In this document: positions 19,798 to 30,277 of the stretch, one piece after another
Layout: each line of letters begins with the position of its first letter
How positions within the stretch are numbered: the stretch's first letter is position 1
Source of the DNA: Minisyncoccota bacterium
GTDB taxonomy: Bacteria; Patescibacteriota; Minisyncoccia; Phycocordibacterales; UBA9973
Assembly (NCBI GenBank): GCA_041674285.1
Contig: JBAYVZ010000001.1
Coordinates: 10,167 to 74,166, forward strand
Direction: 5' to 3'
Length of the DNA stretch: 64,000 nt
Notes under the pieces: generated by a model
What the model was told of the DNA's origin: nothing
Databases searched by the model: none
What the model saw: the letters and a program-made list of their open reading frames with translations, nothing else
Program-made: the position numbers and the translations under genes

Positions 19798-22146
19798 ATG
19801 GAATCAAAAAACGTTAGTCTTATAAACAAGTTATCTTTCTTTTCTTTAGTAGGGTCTTTGTTATTGTCTGTATTCTTTTTTGTGCCGTATTCTTCTGTTA
19901 CAGCTGATGCTAGTAAGGGGTTTCTTATTTCTATAGGAGTTATTGCTTCTGTTTTTTTCTGGTTGATTGCTAGGCTGATGGATGGTAAATTTTTAATACC
20001 AAAAGATAAAATAATGTTATCTGTCTTGTCCTTGCCTGTAATGTTTTTTGTTGCGTCACTTTTTTCATCGTCATTACACACCTCTCTATTCTCTTCTGGA
20101 TTTGAGGTCGGTACTTTTGGTTTTATTTTGACGATGTCTCTCATTTTCTTTTTGTCTTCTATATATTTTCAAGGAGAAAAGGGTCTGTCTGTTTTCTTTA
20201 AATTTCTTTTCCTCGGTGGGGCCATCGCTGCGGGATTGCAATTGATCTATGTATTTTTAGGGAACATAAGTTTTGTAGCAAAATTCTTCTCTGCGATTTC
20301 TTCTGGTAATTTTGTAGGGTCTTGGAATGATTTTGTTCTATTCATGGGCCTGATGGTTATCTTGTCTATCTTCACTTTGGAATTCTTGAAATTGAGTAAA
20401 AAATATAAGATTTTCCTATATATATTAATGGCTGTAGGTTTGGTGTTTATGATGATTATAAATATCCCATTCGTGTGGTTGCTAGTAGGACTATTTTCTC
20501 TTGTTGTTTTTGTATATAGTATTTCTATTCAAAACGTAAAAAAGGGTGATGGTGAAAAAGAAAAGAAGTTACCAGTACCTTCATTGATCGTGATGATCGT
20601 CTCTGTTCTATTTTTGATAGGTGGTAGTTTGTTCGGTAGTTTGATATCTAGATATGTCAATTTATATAATCCAGATGTCCGACCATCTCTCTCTGCTACA
20701 TCTCAAATAGCATGGAAGGCTGTAAAACATAATCCATTCTTTGGTACAGGTCCAAATACTTTTGCTATCGACTGGGCGCTCTGGAAGCCTGAAGTTATAA
20801 AGGATACTGCTTATTGGAATTTGGATTTTGTTCAGGGTGTTGGTCTAGTTCCTACCTTCTTGGTTACTACTGGAGTCCTCGGTTTCCTCGCTATTCTTGT
20901 ATTTATGGGATTGTTTTTATGGAAAGGGGTCAAGTCTTTGAAATTTGCTTTTGGTGATGATCCATCTAACTATTTTATGATGTCATCATTTATCTTGGCC
21001 GTATACGGATGGGTGGCTATGCTAATATACACTCCAGGGATATTGATATGTGCACTTACTTTTGCTGCCAGTGGTGTATTTATAGGTGTTCTGGTGAATA
21101 AGAAGATCGTACCAGTTTATAATATTTCATTCTTGAATGATCCACGTAATAGTTTCTTTTCAATACTTACTATCGTGGTCTTGATGATTGTAGCTATCTC
21201 TGGTGTATATATGTATACACAAAAATTTGTTTCGATCGTGTACTTTTCTAAGGGGGTGAGTGCGACAGATAATTCTGTGGAATCTATGTCCAAGTCAGAG
21301 AGAATGCTTTTGAACGCAATAGCATTAGATCAAAATGATTTGTATTACAGAACTTTGTCACAGGTCTATGTAGCTCAGTTGAATTATATTTTGACAGACA
21401 AGACTTTATCTGAGGATATTGTAAAGTCTCGTGCTCAAAGTGTCGTAGCAAGTATACAGCAATCAGCAAGCGGTGCTGTGTCTGTCAGTCCAAAGAATTA
21501 CCAGAACTGGGTTAATCTGGGGAATGTCTATTCTTCATTGGTCACTATGGGAGTAGACAAAGCTTACGAGAACGCAGTGGACTCTTATAGTAAGGCATTG
21601 ACTTTCGCACCTTCAAATCCATCTATACTTCTCGCTCGTGCTCAACTTGAATTTTTGAAAAAAGATAATGAATCCGCTAAGAAATACATAGAAGAAGCTC
21701 TAAAGATGAAGAAAGATTATCTTGATGCTATATTCATGATGGCTCAGATACAAACTAGTGAGGGTAATCTGCCTGGTGCGATAAAACAAGCTGAGTACGC
21801 AGCTAGTCTATATCCAAATGATCCATCAGTATTCTTCCAGTTAGGTTTACTAAGATACAATAACAACGAGTTCACAAATGCGGTTAGTGCATTTGAGACA
21901 GCTGTTATATTGAATCCATCATATTTCAACGCTAGATATTTCTTAGGTATGTCTTATGCAAAGATAGGAAGGACTGCGGATGCAAAGATTCAATTTGAAA
22001 TATTAAATAAATACATACCAGACAACGCTGACGTAAAGAAAGAACTAGATAAATTAAACAATCCTAGCTCTGCTGATTCAAAAACAGTAAATAATAAAAA
22101 TACTGCAAATAAAAATATAAAATTACCTATCCCAGAAAAGAAATAA
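19798..22146 (+). CDS. Multi-pass membrane protein (O-antigen-ligase-like) with C-terminal TPRs
   Basis: Many TMs, PFFGTGPNTF, TPR repeats. Confidence 0.75.
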   Translation: MESKNVSLINKLSFFSLVGSLLLSVFFFVPYSSVTADASKGFLISIGVIASVFFWLIARLMDGKFLIPKDKIMLSVLSLPVMFFVASLFSSSLHTSLFSSGFEVGTFGFILTMSLIFFLSSIYFQGEKGLSVFFKFLFLGGAIAAGLQLIYVFLGNISFVAKFFSAISSGNFVGSWNDFVLFMGLMVILSIFTLEFLKLSKKYKIFLYILMAVGLVFMMIINIPFVWLLVGLFSLVVFVYSISIQNVKKGDGEKEKKLPVPSLIVMIVSVLFLIGGSLFGSLISRYVNLYNPDVRPSLSATSQIAWKAVKHNPFFGTGPNTFAIDWALWKPEVIKDTAYWNLDFVQGVGLVPTFLVTTGVLGFLAILVFMGLFLWKGVKSLKFAFGDDPSNYFMMSSFILAVYGWVAMLIYTPGILICALTFAASGVFIGVLVNKKIVPVYNISFLNDPRNSFFSILTIVVLMIVAISGVYMYTQKFVSIVYFSKGVSATDNSVESMSKSERMLLNAIALDQNDLYYRTLSQVYVAQLNYILTDKTLSEDIVKSRAQSVVASIQQSASGAVSVSPKNYQNWVNLGNVYSSLVTMGVDKAYENAVDSYSKALTFAPSNPSILLARAQLEFLKKDNESAKKYIEEALKMKKDYLDAIFMMAQIQTSEGNLPGAIKQAEYAASLYPNDPSVFFQLGLLRYNNNEFTNAVSAFETAVILNPSYFNARYFLGMSYAKIGRTADAKIQFEILNKYIPDNADVKKELDKLNNPSSADSKTVNNKNTANKNIKLPIPEKK

Positions 22147-22161
22147 TAATATTTTATTGAT

Positions 22162-23850
22162 ATGGTCAGTAAATTATTAAAATTATTGAATAAAGAATTT
22201 CATGGTGTAAACGAAGCCGCGCTACTGCTCGGCTTGTTTACGTTTGTGTCTCAGCTACTCGGTTTATATCGAGATAGGATGTTAGCTCATATGATAGGTC
22301 CAGGGCCGACTCTCGATGTGTATTATGCGGCATTTAGAATACCTGATTTTCTATATGTTTCTGTGGCGTCTCTCGCATCGATAACAGTACTCATGCCTTT
22401 TATGATGTCTCGCTTGAATTTCAAGAATGGGGAGGGGAAACTGATCGCACAGAGGTTTATAAATAATGTATTTAGTGCATATATGATTTTTATGGTTTTT
22501 ATTTGCGCTATTATATTCATATTGATGCCTTATATTGCACCACATATAGCACCAGGTTTTAATGGTGATCAAGTGAATATGCTGGTCACTACTAGTCGTC
22601 TCATGTTACTGTCTCCAGTACTAATCGGACTTTCAAATCTACTAGGTACTATTACTCAGATATTCAAGAATTTCTTTGTCTTTTCTCTGTCTCCTATATT
22701 TTATAATTTGGGAATTTTGGCTGGGATATTCTTCTTTTATCCTATTTTTGGGGTCTATGGTTTAGCATTGGGTGTGGCATTGGGTGCAATGTTGCATTTG
22801 CTAATACAGATTCCGGTTGTCATAAAACATGAATTTTTCCCATCCTTTACAAAGATAGATTGGGTAGAGATTTATAGTGTAGTAAAAGTATCATTACCCC
22901 GAACTTTGACTTTGTCTTTCGGTAGTATTGCATTTCTTTCTCTGGTTGCCATCGCTTCCACTATGAAATCTGGTTCTATCTCATTGTTTAATTTTGCTTT
23001 TAATCTACAGTCTGTACCAGTGGGAATCATCGGTATATCATATTCTGTTGCAGCTTTTCCTGTGCTAGTAAAATCATTCTCAAATAAAGATATGAATACT
23101 TTTATCAGTCATGTCGTCGGAGCTTCAAAACAGATTATTTTTTGGACGATGCCCGTCATCGCATTATTCATCGTATTGCGTGCCCAAATCGTCCGCGTAG
23201 CACTGGGAACCAATACTTTTTCTTGGTCAGATACACGTCTAACTGCAGCAGCGGGGGCTCTATTTATCGTATCGCTGGTGACACAGAGCTTAGTATTATT
23301 ATTTGTGAGGGGATACTACGCAACAGGTAACACTCGTAAGCCACTATTTGTAAATTTATTCTCTTCTGTATCTATTATTGTTTTTGCTTTATTTTTTATT
23401 TATATATTCAAGGTTTATCCGAATACTCTCGATGTATTTGAAAATCTTATGCGCGTCCACGATGTGCCAGGCACGATCATGTTCGCATTGCCTATTGCAT
23501 ACACCCTCGGTTCAATTTTGAATTTCTTTTTGATTTTTTATTTATTCAAAAAAGATTTTTTGAATAATATTGATTGCGGAATATTAAAGGTCTTTTTCCA
23601 GTCCTTACTCGCTTCTGTTTCTGTCGGATTTGTGTCTTATTTTATGTTGAATATTCTAGATGACTTATTGCCTCTCGATACTGGAATGGGTATATTCCTC
23701 CAAGGTTTCGTGTCTGGTGTGGCTGGTATTTGCGTTGGGGTTCTCGTTCTTTATCTATTTAAAAATCAAGAGTTATTTGATATATACAAGGCACTTCAAA
23801 AGAAATTCTGGCGTAGTGCTATGGTTGCCCCAGAGCAGGGAAAGCTATAG
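22162..23850 (+). CDS. murJ: Lipid II flippase MurJ
   Basis: SQLLGLYRD, AFRIPD, YNLGI. Confidence 0.9.
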   Translation: MVSKLLKLLNKEFHGVNEAALLLGLFTFVSQLLGLYRDRMLAHMIGPGPTLDVYYAAFRIPDFLYVSVASLASITVLMPFMMSRLNFKNGEGKLIAQRFINNVFSAYMIFMVFICAIIFILMPYIAPHIAPGFNGDQVNMLVTTSRLMLLSPVLIGLSNLLGTITQIFKNFFVFSLSPIFYNLGILAGIFFFYPIFGVYGLALGVALGAMLHLLIQIPVVIKHEFFPSFTKIDWVEIYSVVKVSLPRTLTLSFGSIAFLSLVAIASTMKSGSISLFNFAFNLQSVPVGIIGISYSVAAFPVLVKSFSNKDMNTFISHVVGASKQIIFWTMPVIALFIVLRAQIVRVALGTNTFSWSDTRLTAAAGALFIVSLVTQSLVLLFVRGYYATGNTRKPLFVNLFSSVSIIVFALFFIYIFKVYPNTLDVFENLMRVHDVPGTIMFALPIAYTLGSILNFFLIFYLFKKDFLNNIDCGILKVFFQSLLASVSVGFVSYFMLNILDDLLPLDTGMGIFLQGFVSGVAGICVGVLVLYLFKNQELFDIYKALQKKFWRSAMVAPEQGKL

Positions 23851-23910
23851 TAAAAATGTTTCTTTAAAAAATGCTTTTAAAACAAGCATTTTTTTGTTAT
23901 CATGTAGAAT

Positions 23911-25671
23911 ATGTCATTATTCTCAAGTATTTTAAAATATATTTGGCCACAGATGCGAAAATATAAATTCGCATTCTTTTTGATTTTGTTTATTTTTGCG
24001 CTTAGGACTGTTTTGGATGCAGTGGTTCGACCTTTTTTATTTAAAAAAATTATAGATTCAATATCTCTTTCTGGGGTGGATCGGATTTCCTTGACTGAGC
24101 CAATAACAAATCTAGTTATCATGATTATATCGGTCGGTTTCTCTCTGTTGATTATCGGGCGTCTTAGCAAGTATATGCATCTTTCTTTTGAAATAAATAT
24201 GATTAGTGATTTAAGAAATTTTGCATTCAAAAAAATTCAAGGCCACTCCCAGACTTTTTTCTCGAATACTTTTTCGGGGTCCCTGGTTACAAAATCTCGT
24301 AGATTCGTGGGTTCTTTTGAATCGATGTATGATATTTTTATATATGAATTCTGGAGTGTTTTTATCGCTCTGATTAGTATCTTTGTGGTTATGTATCATC
24401 AGTCGGTATTTCTGACATATATATTCCTAGTCTTCATAGTAGTTTTTGTCAGCTTAGTCTCTTTCTTTGTTGGGAAAAAAGTTAAATATGATTTAGAGGA
24501 GGCTCAAGCTGATTCAAAAATTGGGGGAAGATTGGCTGATATTTTTGGTAATATTTTAGCTGTAAAAATATTTTCTTCTGGTAAATCTGAAATTAAAGCA
24601 TTCGGGGAGATAGTAGAGAATGCCGCTCTCAAGAGTCGTAAGGCTTGGTTTTTTGGTAATAGAATAGACGCGCTACAGGGAACTCTAGTTTTCATCACTC
24701 AGAGTAGTATATTGTATTTTATGATTAAATTCTGGCTCGCAGGAGAGATCAGTACAGGAACAGTAGTCTTGATTCAGACTTACATGGTTATCATATTTGA
24801 TCGACTTTGGAATTTGGGTAATGCACTTACTAAATTCATGAAATATTCTGCTGACATGAAGGAGATGGTTGATATTTTTGAGGTAATTCAAGATGTAACA
24901 GATCCAGTAATTCCAGAAAAATTAAAAATGAAAAAAGGTCATCTTGTTTTTAATGATGTGAGTTTTAAATATAAAAATAATGAGGAGATTTTTAATAATT
25001 TTAATTTGGATATAAAACCCGGTGAGAGAATCGGTCTCGTAGGTCACTCTGGTGCCGGTAAATCTACTTTTGTAAATTTGATTCTAAGATTTTCTGATGT
25101 AAATAGTGGCAGTATCACTATAGACGGGCAGGACGTGCGCAATGTGACTCAGGATGATCTACGTAGTGCTATATCTTATGTGCCCCAGGAATCTGTATTA
25201 TTTCATCGAACAATACGTGAGAATATATCTTATGGAAAACAAGACGCCACAGACAAAGAAATTATTTCTGCAGCCAAGAAAGCCAGAGCTCATGGATTTG
25301 TAGAAAAGCTACCAAATAAATACGAGACATATGTAGGTGAGCGTGGAGTAAAGCTTTCTGGTGGTGAGCGTCAGCGTGTAGCTATCGCTCGGGCGATATT
25401 GAAAAATAGTCCGATATTTATCCTCGACGAAGCAACGAGCGCTCTGGATAGTATCTCAGAACAGTATATTCAGGATGCTTTTAATGAAATAATGAAAAAC
25501 AAGACTACTATCGTCATCGCTCACCGCCTGTCGACCATCCAAAAGATGGACCGAATAATAGTCCTGGAAGACGGTAAAATCGTCGAAGAGGGTACTCATG
25601 CTGAACTTCTAGAAAAAGGTGGCCAGTACTCCGATCTCTGGAATCACCAAGTCGGTGGTTTTATCGAATAA
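23911..25671 (+). CDS. ABC exporter, fused permease/ATPase
   Basis: GHSGAGKST, LSGGERQR, LDEATS. Confidence 0.93.
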   Translation: MSLFSSILKYIWPQMRKYKFAFFLILFIFALRTVLDAVVRPFLFKKIIDSISLSGVDRISLTEPITNLVIMIISVGFSLLIIGRLSKYMHLSFEINMISDLRNFAFKKIQGHSQTFFSNTFSGSLVTKSRRFVGSFESMYDIFIYEFWSVFIALISIFVVMYHQSVFLTYIFLVFIVVFVSLVSFFVGKKVKYDLEEAQADSKIGGRLADIFGNILAVKIFSSGKSEIKAFGEIVENAALKSRKAWFFGNRIDALQGTLVFITQSSILYFMIKFWLAGEISTGTVVLIQTYMVIIFDRLWNLGNALTKFMKYSADMKEMVDIFEVIQDVTDPVIPEKLKMKKGHLVFNDVSFKYKNNEEIFNNFNLDIKPGERIGLVGHSGAGKSTFVNLILRFSDVNSGSITIDGQDVRNVTQDDLRSAISYVPQESVLFHRTIRENISYGKQDATDKEIISAAKKARAHGFVEKLPNKYETYVGERGVKLSGGERQRVAIARAILKNSPIFILDEATSALDSISEQYIQDAFNEIMKNKTTIVIAHRLSTIQKMDRIIVLEDGKIVEEGTHAELLEKGGQYSDLWNHQVGGFIE

Positions 25672-25715
25672 TACTCCTTTTAATTTAAGTGTTTTTCTGG
25701 TAGGATAGGGGAATA

Positions 25716-27536
25716 ATGGACATAAAGCATATAAGAAATTTTAGTATCATCGCTCATATTGATCACGGTAAGAGTACCCTTGCAGACCGCATGTTAGAAG
25801 TGACGGGCACTATTGAGGCGCGTAAAATGAAGGATCAAGTTCTAGATTCTATGGAATTGGAGCGCGAGCGAGGTATTACGATCAAGATGCAGCCTGTACG
25901 TATGGAGCATAAAGTTGATGGTGAAAAATACATTTTAAACCTCATCGATACACCCGGGCACATCGACTTCTCATATGAGGTATCCCGTGCCCTGAAGGCC
26001 GTAGAAGGCTCTATATTGCTCGTAGACTCGACTCAGGGCGTACAGGCTCAGACACTCACTACTCTACAGATGGCTCGCGATTCTGGCCTTGTAATCATCC
26101 CTGTATTGTCCAAGATTGATTCACCACTATCTCGTGTAGATGAGGTAAAAATGGAAGTAGCAATACTTCTTGATATTGACCCAGATACTATCATGCTGGT
26201 CTCTGGCAAGACTGGTGACGGAGTTGCAGATCTTTTGAATGAGATTGTGAATCGTGTACCGCCTCCGACTTTTGAAGTAGCCACTGATAAGAATACAAAT
26301 AGTGCTCTTGTGTTTGACTTTAAATACGACAATCATCGTGGGGTCATCGTCTATGTCCGTGTATTTGGTGGATCATTTAAAAAAGGTGACTATCTAAAAT
26401 TCGCAGTATCAGATGAGCAGTTTATTGCTCTTGAGGTAGGGACATTTTCCCCCGAAGAGAATCCAAAAGATAGTCTAGTAAGTGGAGAGATTGGTTATAT
26501 CGTCACAGGTATTAAAAAGCCAGGTATAGCATCTGTCGGAGACACTGTCACAAATTCCAAGAACGGTGCGACAGCTCTGCATGGATATATGAATCCTCGT
26601 CCTGTAGTATGGGCGTCTGTATATCCTGAATCTGCAGATGATTTTACAAATCTAAAAGCTGCACTCGGCAAGCTGCGTCTTTCTGACTCTGCATTTTCAT
26701 ATGAAGAAGAGACATCTGGTACTCTCGGTCGTGGTTTTCGTTGCGGGTTCCTCGGCATGCTTCACCTTGAGATTATCACAGAGAGATTGTCTCGCGAATT
26801 TGACTTGCAGTTGATTGTGACGATGCCATCTATTACATACAAAGTATTATTGAGAAATGGAAAAGAAGAGACTATATATTCACCACACCTTTTCCCAGAC
26901 GATAGTAGTGTAGTAAAAGTTTTCGAGCCATGGATACACGTAAAGATTATCGCACCACTATCTTATGTAGGAGTGTTGATGCCATTTTTATTTGAACACG
27001 AGGCAGATATCAAGATGACTGAGAATTTTGGAGACAACAGAACCCAGGTCACAGTAGATATGCCTCTACGTGAATTGATGAGAAATTTCTTTGATGATCT
27101 TAAATCTCTGACTTCAGGATACGGATCTATCTCTTATGAGATGGATGAATACCGTGAGGCAGATGTAGTGCGTCTAGATATCATCGTAGCAGATGAGCCA
27201 GTGGTGGCATTCTGTCGTGTTGTGTCTCGTCGTCGTGCCGAAGATGAAGCAAGAGATCAGGTGGAGAGATTAAAGAAGGTAATCCCTCGTCATCAGTTTG
27301 CATTTAAAATCCAAGGCAAGGCCCTAGGCCGAATCATCGCATCTGAGTCTGTATCAGCCTACCGTAAAGATGTATTGATGCATGGTAGTAAGGTAGTAGG
27401 AGGTGGAGATATTAGTCGCAAAAAGAAACTATTGGAAAAACAAAAGAAGGGTAAGGCTCGCCAAGCTGAAAATGGAAAAGTGAACATAACCCAGGACGTA
27501 TTCCTAAAAATGATGCGCAGTGGTGGAGGTAAGTAA
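25716..27536 (+). CDS. lepA: Elongation factor 4
   Basis: IRNFSIIAHIDHGKST, GFRCGFLGMLH, RKKKLLEKQK. Confidence 0.97.
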   Translation: MDIKHIRNFSIIAHIDHGKSTLADRMLEVTGTIEARKMKDQVLDSMELERERGITIKMQPVRMEHKVDGEKYILNLIDTPGHIDFSYEVSRALKAVEGSILLVDSTQGVQAQTLTTLQMARDSGLVIIPVLSKIDSPLSRVDEVKMEVAILLDIDPDTIMLVSGKTGDGVADLLNEIVNRVPPPTFEVATDKNTNSALVFDFKYDNHRGVIVYVRVFGGSFKKGDYLKFAVSDEQFIALEVGTFSPEENPKDSLVSGEIGYIVTGIKKPGIASVGDTVTNSKNGATALHGYMNPRPVVWASVYPESADDFTNLKAALGKLRLSDSAFSYEEETSGTLGRGFRCGFLGMLHLEIITERLSREFDLQLIVTMPSITYKVLLRNGKEETIYSPHLFPDDSSVVKVFEPWIHVKIIAPLSYVGVLMPFLFEHEADIKMTENFGDNRTQVTVDMPLRELMRNFFDDLKSLTSGYGSISYEMDEYREADVVRLDIIVADEPVVAFCRVVSRRRAEDEARDQVERLKKVIPRHQFAFKIQGKALGRIIASESVSAYRKDVLMHGSKVVGGGDISRKKKLLEKQKKGKARQAENGKVNITQDVFLKMMRSGGGK

Positions 27537-27580
27537 AAAGAGCCCAAATGGGCTCTTTTTACTTATACAATAAAACGTTA

Positions 27581-27691
27581 TTATAAATTGAATATTGGCA
27601 TGTAAAGCATTATCATACTTACTATAACTAGTATAGATATTATGGTAAATACCAATCTCATCCTCTTTTGGCTTTTTGCGCTGAAAATCAT
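27581..27691 (-). CDS. Small membrane peptide (36 aa), DUF4044/Prli42-like pattern
   Basis: MIFSAKSQKRMRLVFTIISILVIVSMIMLYMPIFNL; basic N-terminus plus one TM; below ORF-track cutoff. Confidence 0.55.
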   Translation of the reverse strand: MIFSAKSQKRMRLVFTIISILVIVSMIMLYMPIFNL

Positions 27692-27711
27692 GTTATAATC
27701 ATATCAGAAAT

Positions 27712-28089
27712 ATGGAAGAATTCAAGAAGAAAAAAATGAATACCTTTTGGCACTCTCCATTATCGCTAATAGTGCTGTTTTTGATTTTTGTAATTTTTGC
27801 TTATAATATGGTGGGTTTATTTATAAAAGAAAGAGAAACTGCCAAGACCAAGGCTCTTGTTTTAGATAAAATGAATTCCCTCCAAGAGAGGGAGAAGTCT
27901 TTATCAGAATCAATCGAGCAATTAAAAACAGAAAAGGGGTCTGAAGTTTTAATAAGAGATAAATATCAAGTCGTAAGACCTGGCGAAAAAATGCTCGTGA
28001 TTGTAGACAAAGCAGAATTAGAGACTGAAGAAACTGAAAACACAAAAGAGCACGGTTTTTTAAATTGGTTTAAGAATTTGTTTAAATAA
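27712..28089 (+). CDS. Septum formation initiator (FtsB/DivIC family)
   Basis: TM, coiled coil, IRDKYQVVRPGE. Confidence 0.8.
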   Translation: MEEFKKKKMNTFWHSPLSLIVLFLIFVIFAYNMVGLFIKERETAKTKALVLDKMNSLQEREKSLSESIEQLKTEKGSEVLIRDKYQVVRPGEKMLVIVDKAELETEETENTKEHGFLNWFKNLFK

Positions 28090-28111
28090 GAATTATTTAA
28101 AATAATAATCT

Positions 28112-28182
28112 GCGGGATTAGTTTAGTGGTAGGACGCGACCTTCCCAAGGTTGAGTCACGGGTTCGATTCCCGTATACCGCA
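28112..28182 (+). tRNA. tRNA-Gly (CCC)
   Basis: Cloverleaf, anticodon loop TTCCCAA, GTTCGATT T-loop. Confidence 0.93.
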
Positions 28183-28208
28183 CTAGCTTTATAATTAATT
28201 TATTTTAT

Positions 28209-28592
28209 ATGAATTTACAAGAAGTAAAAAATGAAGATGGAAAGAGTGGTAGTCCGGTATTACCAGCAGGTACGAAGAATTATCTGATTGATATTGACGG
28301 AACTGTGTGTGAGGATATACCAAATGAAGAGCCAGAGAGATTCGCTACTGCATATGAGCTACCCGGTGCACGAGATTTTGTGAATAATCTATATGATGCG
28401 GGGCATATAGTGACATTCTTTACTTCACGCAAGGAGGATCATCGAGCGCCTACTGAAGAGTGGCTGGATGGTCATGGATTTAAATATCACGGTATAGTAT
28501 TTGGAAAACCACGAGGAGGGAACTATGTATGGATAGACAATGCAGACTTGGAGGCTATACAGTATAAGGGTGAATTTAAGGACTTGATTTAA
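28209..28592 (+). CDS. HAD-superfamily phosphatase
   Basis: DIDGT, TSR, GKP, WID motifs. Confidence 0.85.
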   Translation: MNLQEVKNEDGKSGSPVLPAGTKNYLIDIDGTVCEDIPNEEPERFATAYELPGARDFVNNLYDAGHIVTFFTSRKEDHRAPTEEWLDGHGFKYHGIVFGKPRGGNYVWIDNADLEAIQYKGEFKDLI

Positions 28593-28698
28593 GGGTCATT
28601 GTGTCAAGTGTTGCGCGAAAATTTTTTATGATATAATAAATTTCCAAACTTATTAATTAATTATGCCTAAACCCTAACGGGTCGGCCGAGAAAAATAT

Positions 28699-28938
28699 AT
28701 GAGTACAGTTACAGTATATAGCACACCGACATGTCATTTTTGCCACATGGCAAAAGATTACTTCAAGGAGAACAATGTAGCATTTGAAGATTTTAATGTT
28801 TCAGAGGATTTAGGCAAAAGACAAGAGATGATCCAAAAGAGTGGTCAGATGGGTGTACCAGTAATCATCATTGATGATAAATTAATCGTAGGATTCAATA
28901 AGCCTCAAATAGCAGAGTTGCTAGGAATCAAAGAATAG
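28699..28938 (+). CDS. Glutaredoxin-like protein (NrdH/YruB family)
   Basis: CHFC, GVPVI, GF. Confidence 0.9.
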   Translation: MSTVTVYSTPTCHFCHMAKDYFKENNVAFEDFNVSEDLGKRQEMIQKSGQMGVPVIIIDDKLIVGFNKPQIAELLGIKE

Positions 28939-28990
28939 TAAAATTTTTTATTCTGTAGTATTATAAAAGCGCCTATATAGGCGCTTTTAT

Positions 28991-29062
28991 GCCCTCATAG
29001 TTCAATGGATATAACAGTTCCGTCCTAAGGAATAGATGTAGGTTCGATTCCCGCTGAGGGCA
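28991..29062 (+). tRNA. tRNA-Arg (CCT)
   Basis: Cloverleaf, anticodon loop GTCCTAA. Confidence 0.92.
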
Positions 29063-29292
29063 CAAATTAAAAAATCTCCATTTGGGAGATTTTTTAATTT
29101 GTGCCCGAAAGCAATCAAACTGCTTTGATTGCGTGCGGGAATCGAAGACCTTTTCCATATGAGCGTACTCGCGAATGGAAACGGTGTACTGATCCTGTAA
29201 GGATCGACATGCCCTAAAGGATTAGTATTTGTATATAATCGCTCTACTCTTATACAAATACTGAACGTACTCGCGGTCAGGGTGAGGGCACA
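29063..29292. repeat. tRNA-anchored structured element with inverted and direct copies of tRNA-Arg 3' end
   Basis: Inverted copy 29085-29146; direct TGAGGGCACA at 29283-29292; several hairpins. Confidence 0.7.
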
Positions 29293-29332
29293 CTATCGTT
29301 TTTAATTTTATATTTGTTATAATTAAAAAATA

Positions 29333-29629
29333 ATGGAAGATCCACAAATTAAAAAATTATTAGAAGAAAATCTCGAGCTTGCAAAAGAGAATAATGAATT
29401 ATTGAAAAAAGTTCGCAATACTCAAAAGCTAGCTCAGATATATCGTATCGTTTACTGGGTAGTTATTATAGGTGCTTCATATGGGGCGTACTATTTTGTA
29501 CAGCCATATATAGGCGGTATCTTAGATGTATATAGTGGCGGAGGATTAGACTCCTTGAATTCAGGGGGGATGAATGGTGTCCCTGACCTAAATAGTCTAC
29601 AAGGGTTGCTCGAAAGTCTACAAAAATAA
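29333..29629 (+). CDS. Hypothetical single-TM protein
   Basis: Coiled coil plus TM. Confidence 0.75.
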   Translation: MEDPQIKKLLEENLELAKENNELLKKVRNTQKLAQIYRIVYWVVIIGASYGAYYFVQPYIGGILDVYSGGGLDSLNSGGMNGVPDLNSLQGLLESLQK

Positions 29630-29716
29630 AACACCCGTATGGGTGTTTTATCTTATAAAATAGGGAATTGATAAATATTAAAAAATCTGGTAATATCAGA
29701 TTACGTCTTTTGAGGC

Positions 29717-29931
29717 ATGCCTGGATAGCTCAGTTGTAGCGTCCCCGCAAAGAGCATTGAAGTTGTTACGTTTAATATAAAGAAATACGCCTGGATAGCT
29801 GTTTTGGTGGATAACGCAAAATTGTTGTAAAGGTTTAAATAATGCCTGGATAGCTCAGTTGTAGCGTCCCCGCAAAGAGCATTGAAGTTGTTACGTTTAA
29901 TATAAAGAAATACGCCTGGATAGCTCAGTTG
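29717..29931 (+). repeat. Array of tRNA-Phe 5' fragments with spacers
   Basis: GCCTGGATAGCT at 29719, 29789, 29844, 29914; 84-bp exact repeat 29717-29800 = 29842-29925. Confidence 0.9.
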
Positions 29932-29986
29932 GTAGAGCGCTCCCCTGAAGAGGGATAGGTCCCCAGTTCAAATCTGGGTCCAGGCA
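29914..29986 (+). tRNA. tRNA-Phe (GAA)
   Basis: Cloverleaf, anticodon loop CTGAAGA. Confidence 0.93.
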
Positions 29987-30277
29987 CAACAACCCGACTT
30001 TTGTCGGAAGCAACAAAATTTTCACGGGCGGCGCATAGCGCCGACCAAGGATTTTCGCCTGATTTATATGAAATCCTTCAAAGGTTTTCTTAATTGTAAT
30101 TTTAGAACAAATTAATTATTGCCCTTGCGATTGTTTTTTGGATAATCTGTAGTATGGACATATTATTTTAATATAGTATAGTCTAACTAATATTTGTTTA
30201 TTTGAAAAAGTTTAAAGTGTAGTCACAGTAGAGGATTTACCCCCTTTTGTGACCACACTTTAAATAAAATAACTGTT

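Noticed and set aside
29717-29931. Bona fide CRISPR array
   Set aside because: Repeats are tRNA 5' fragments of unequal length, one spacer is duplicated, and no cas genes are in the window.
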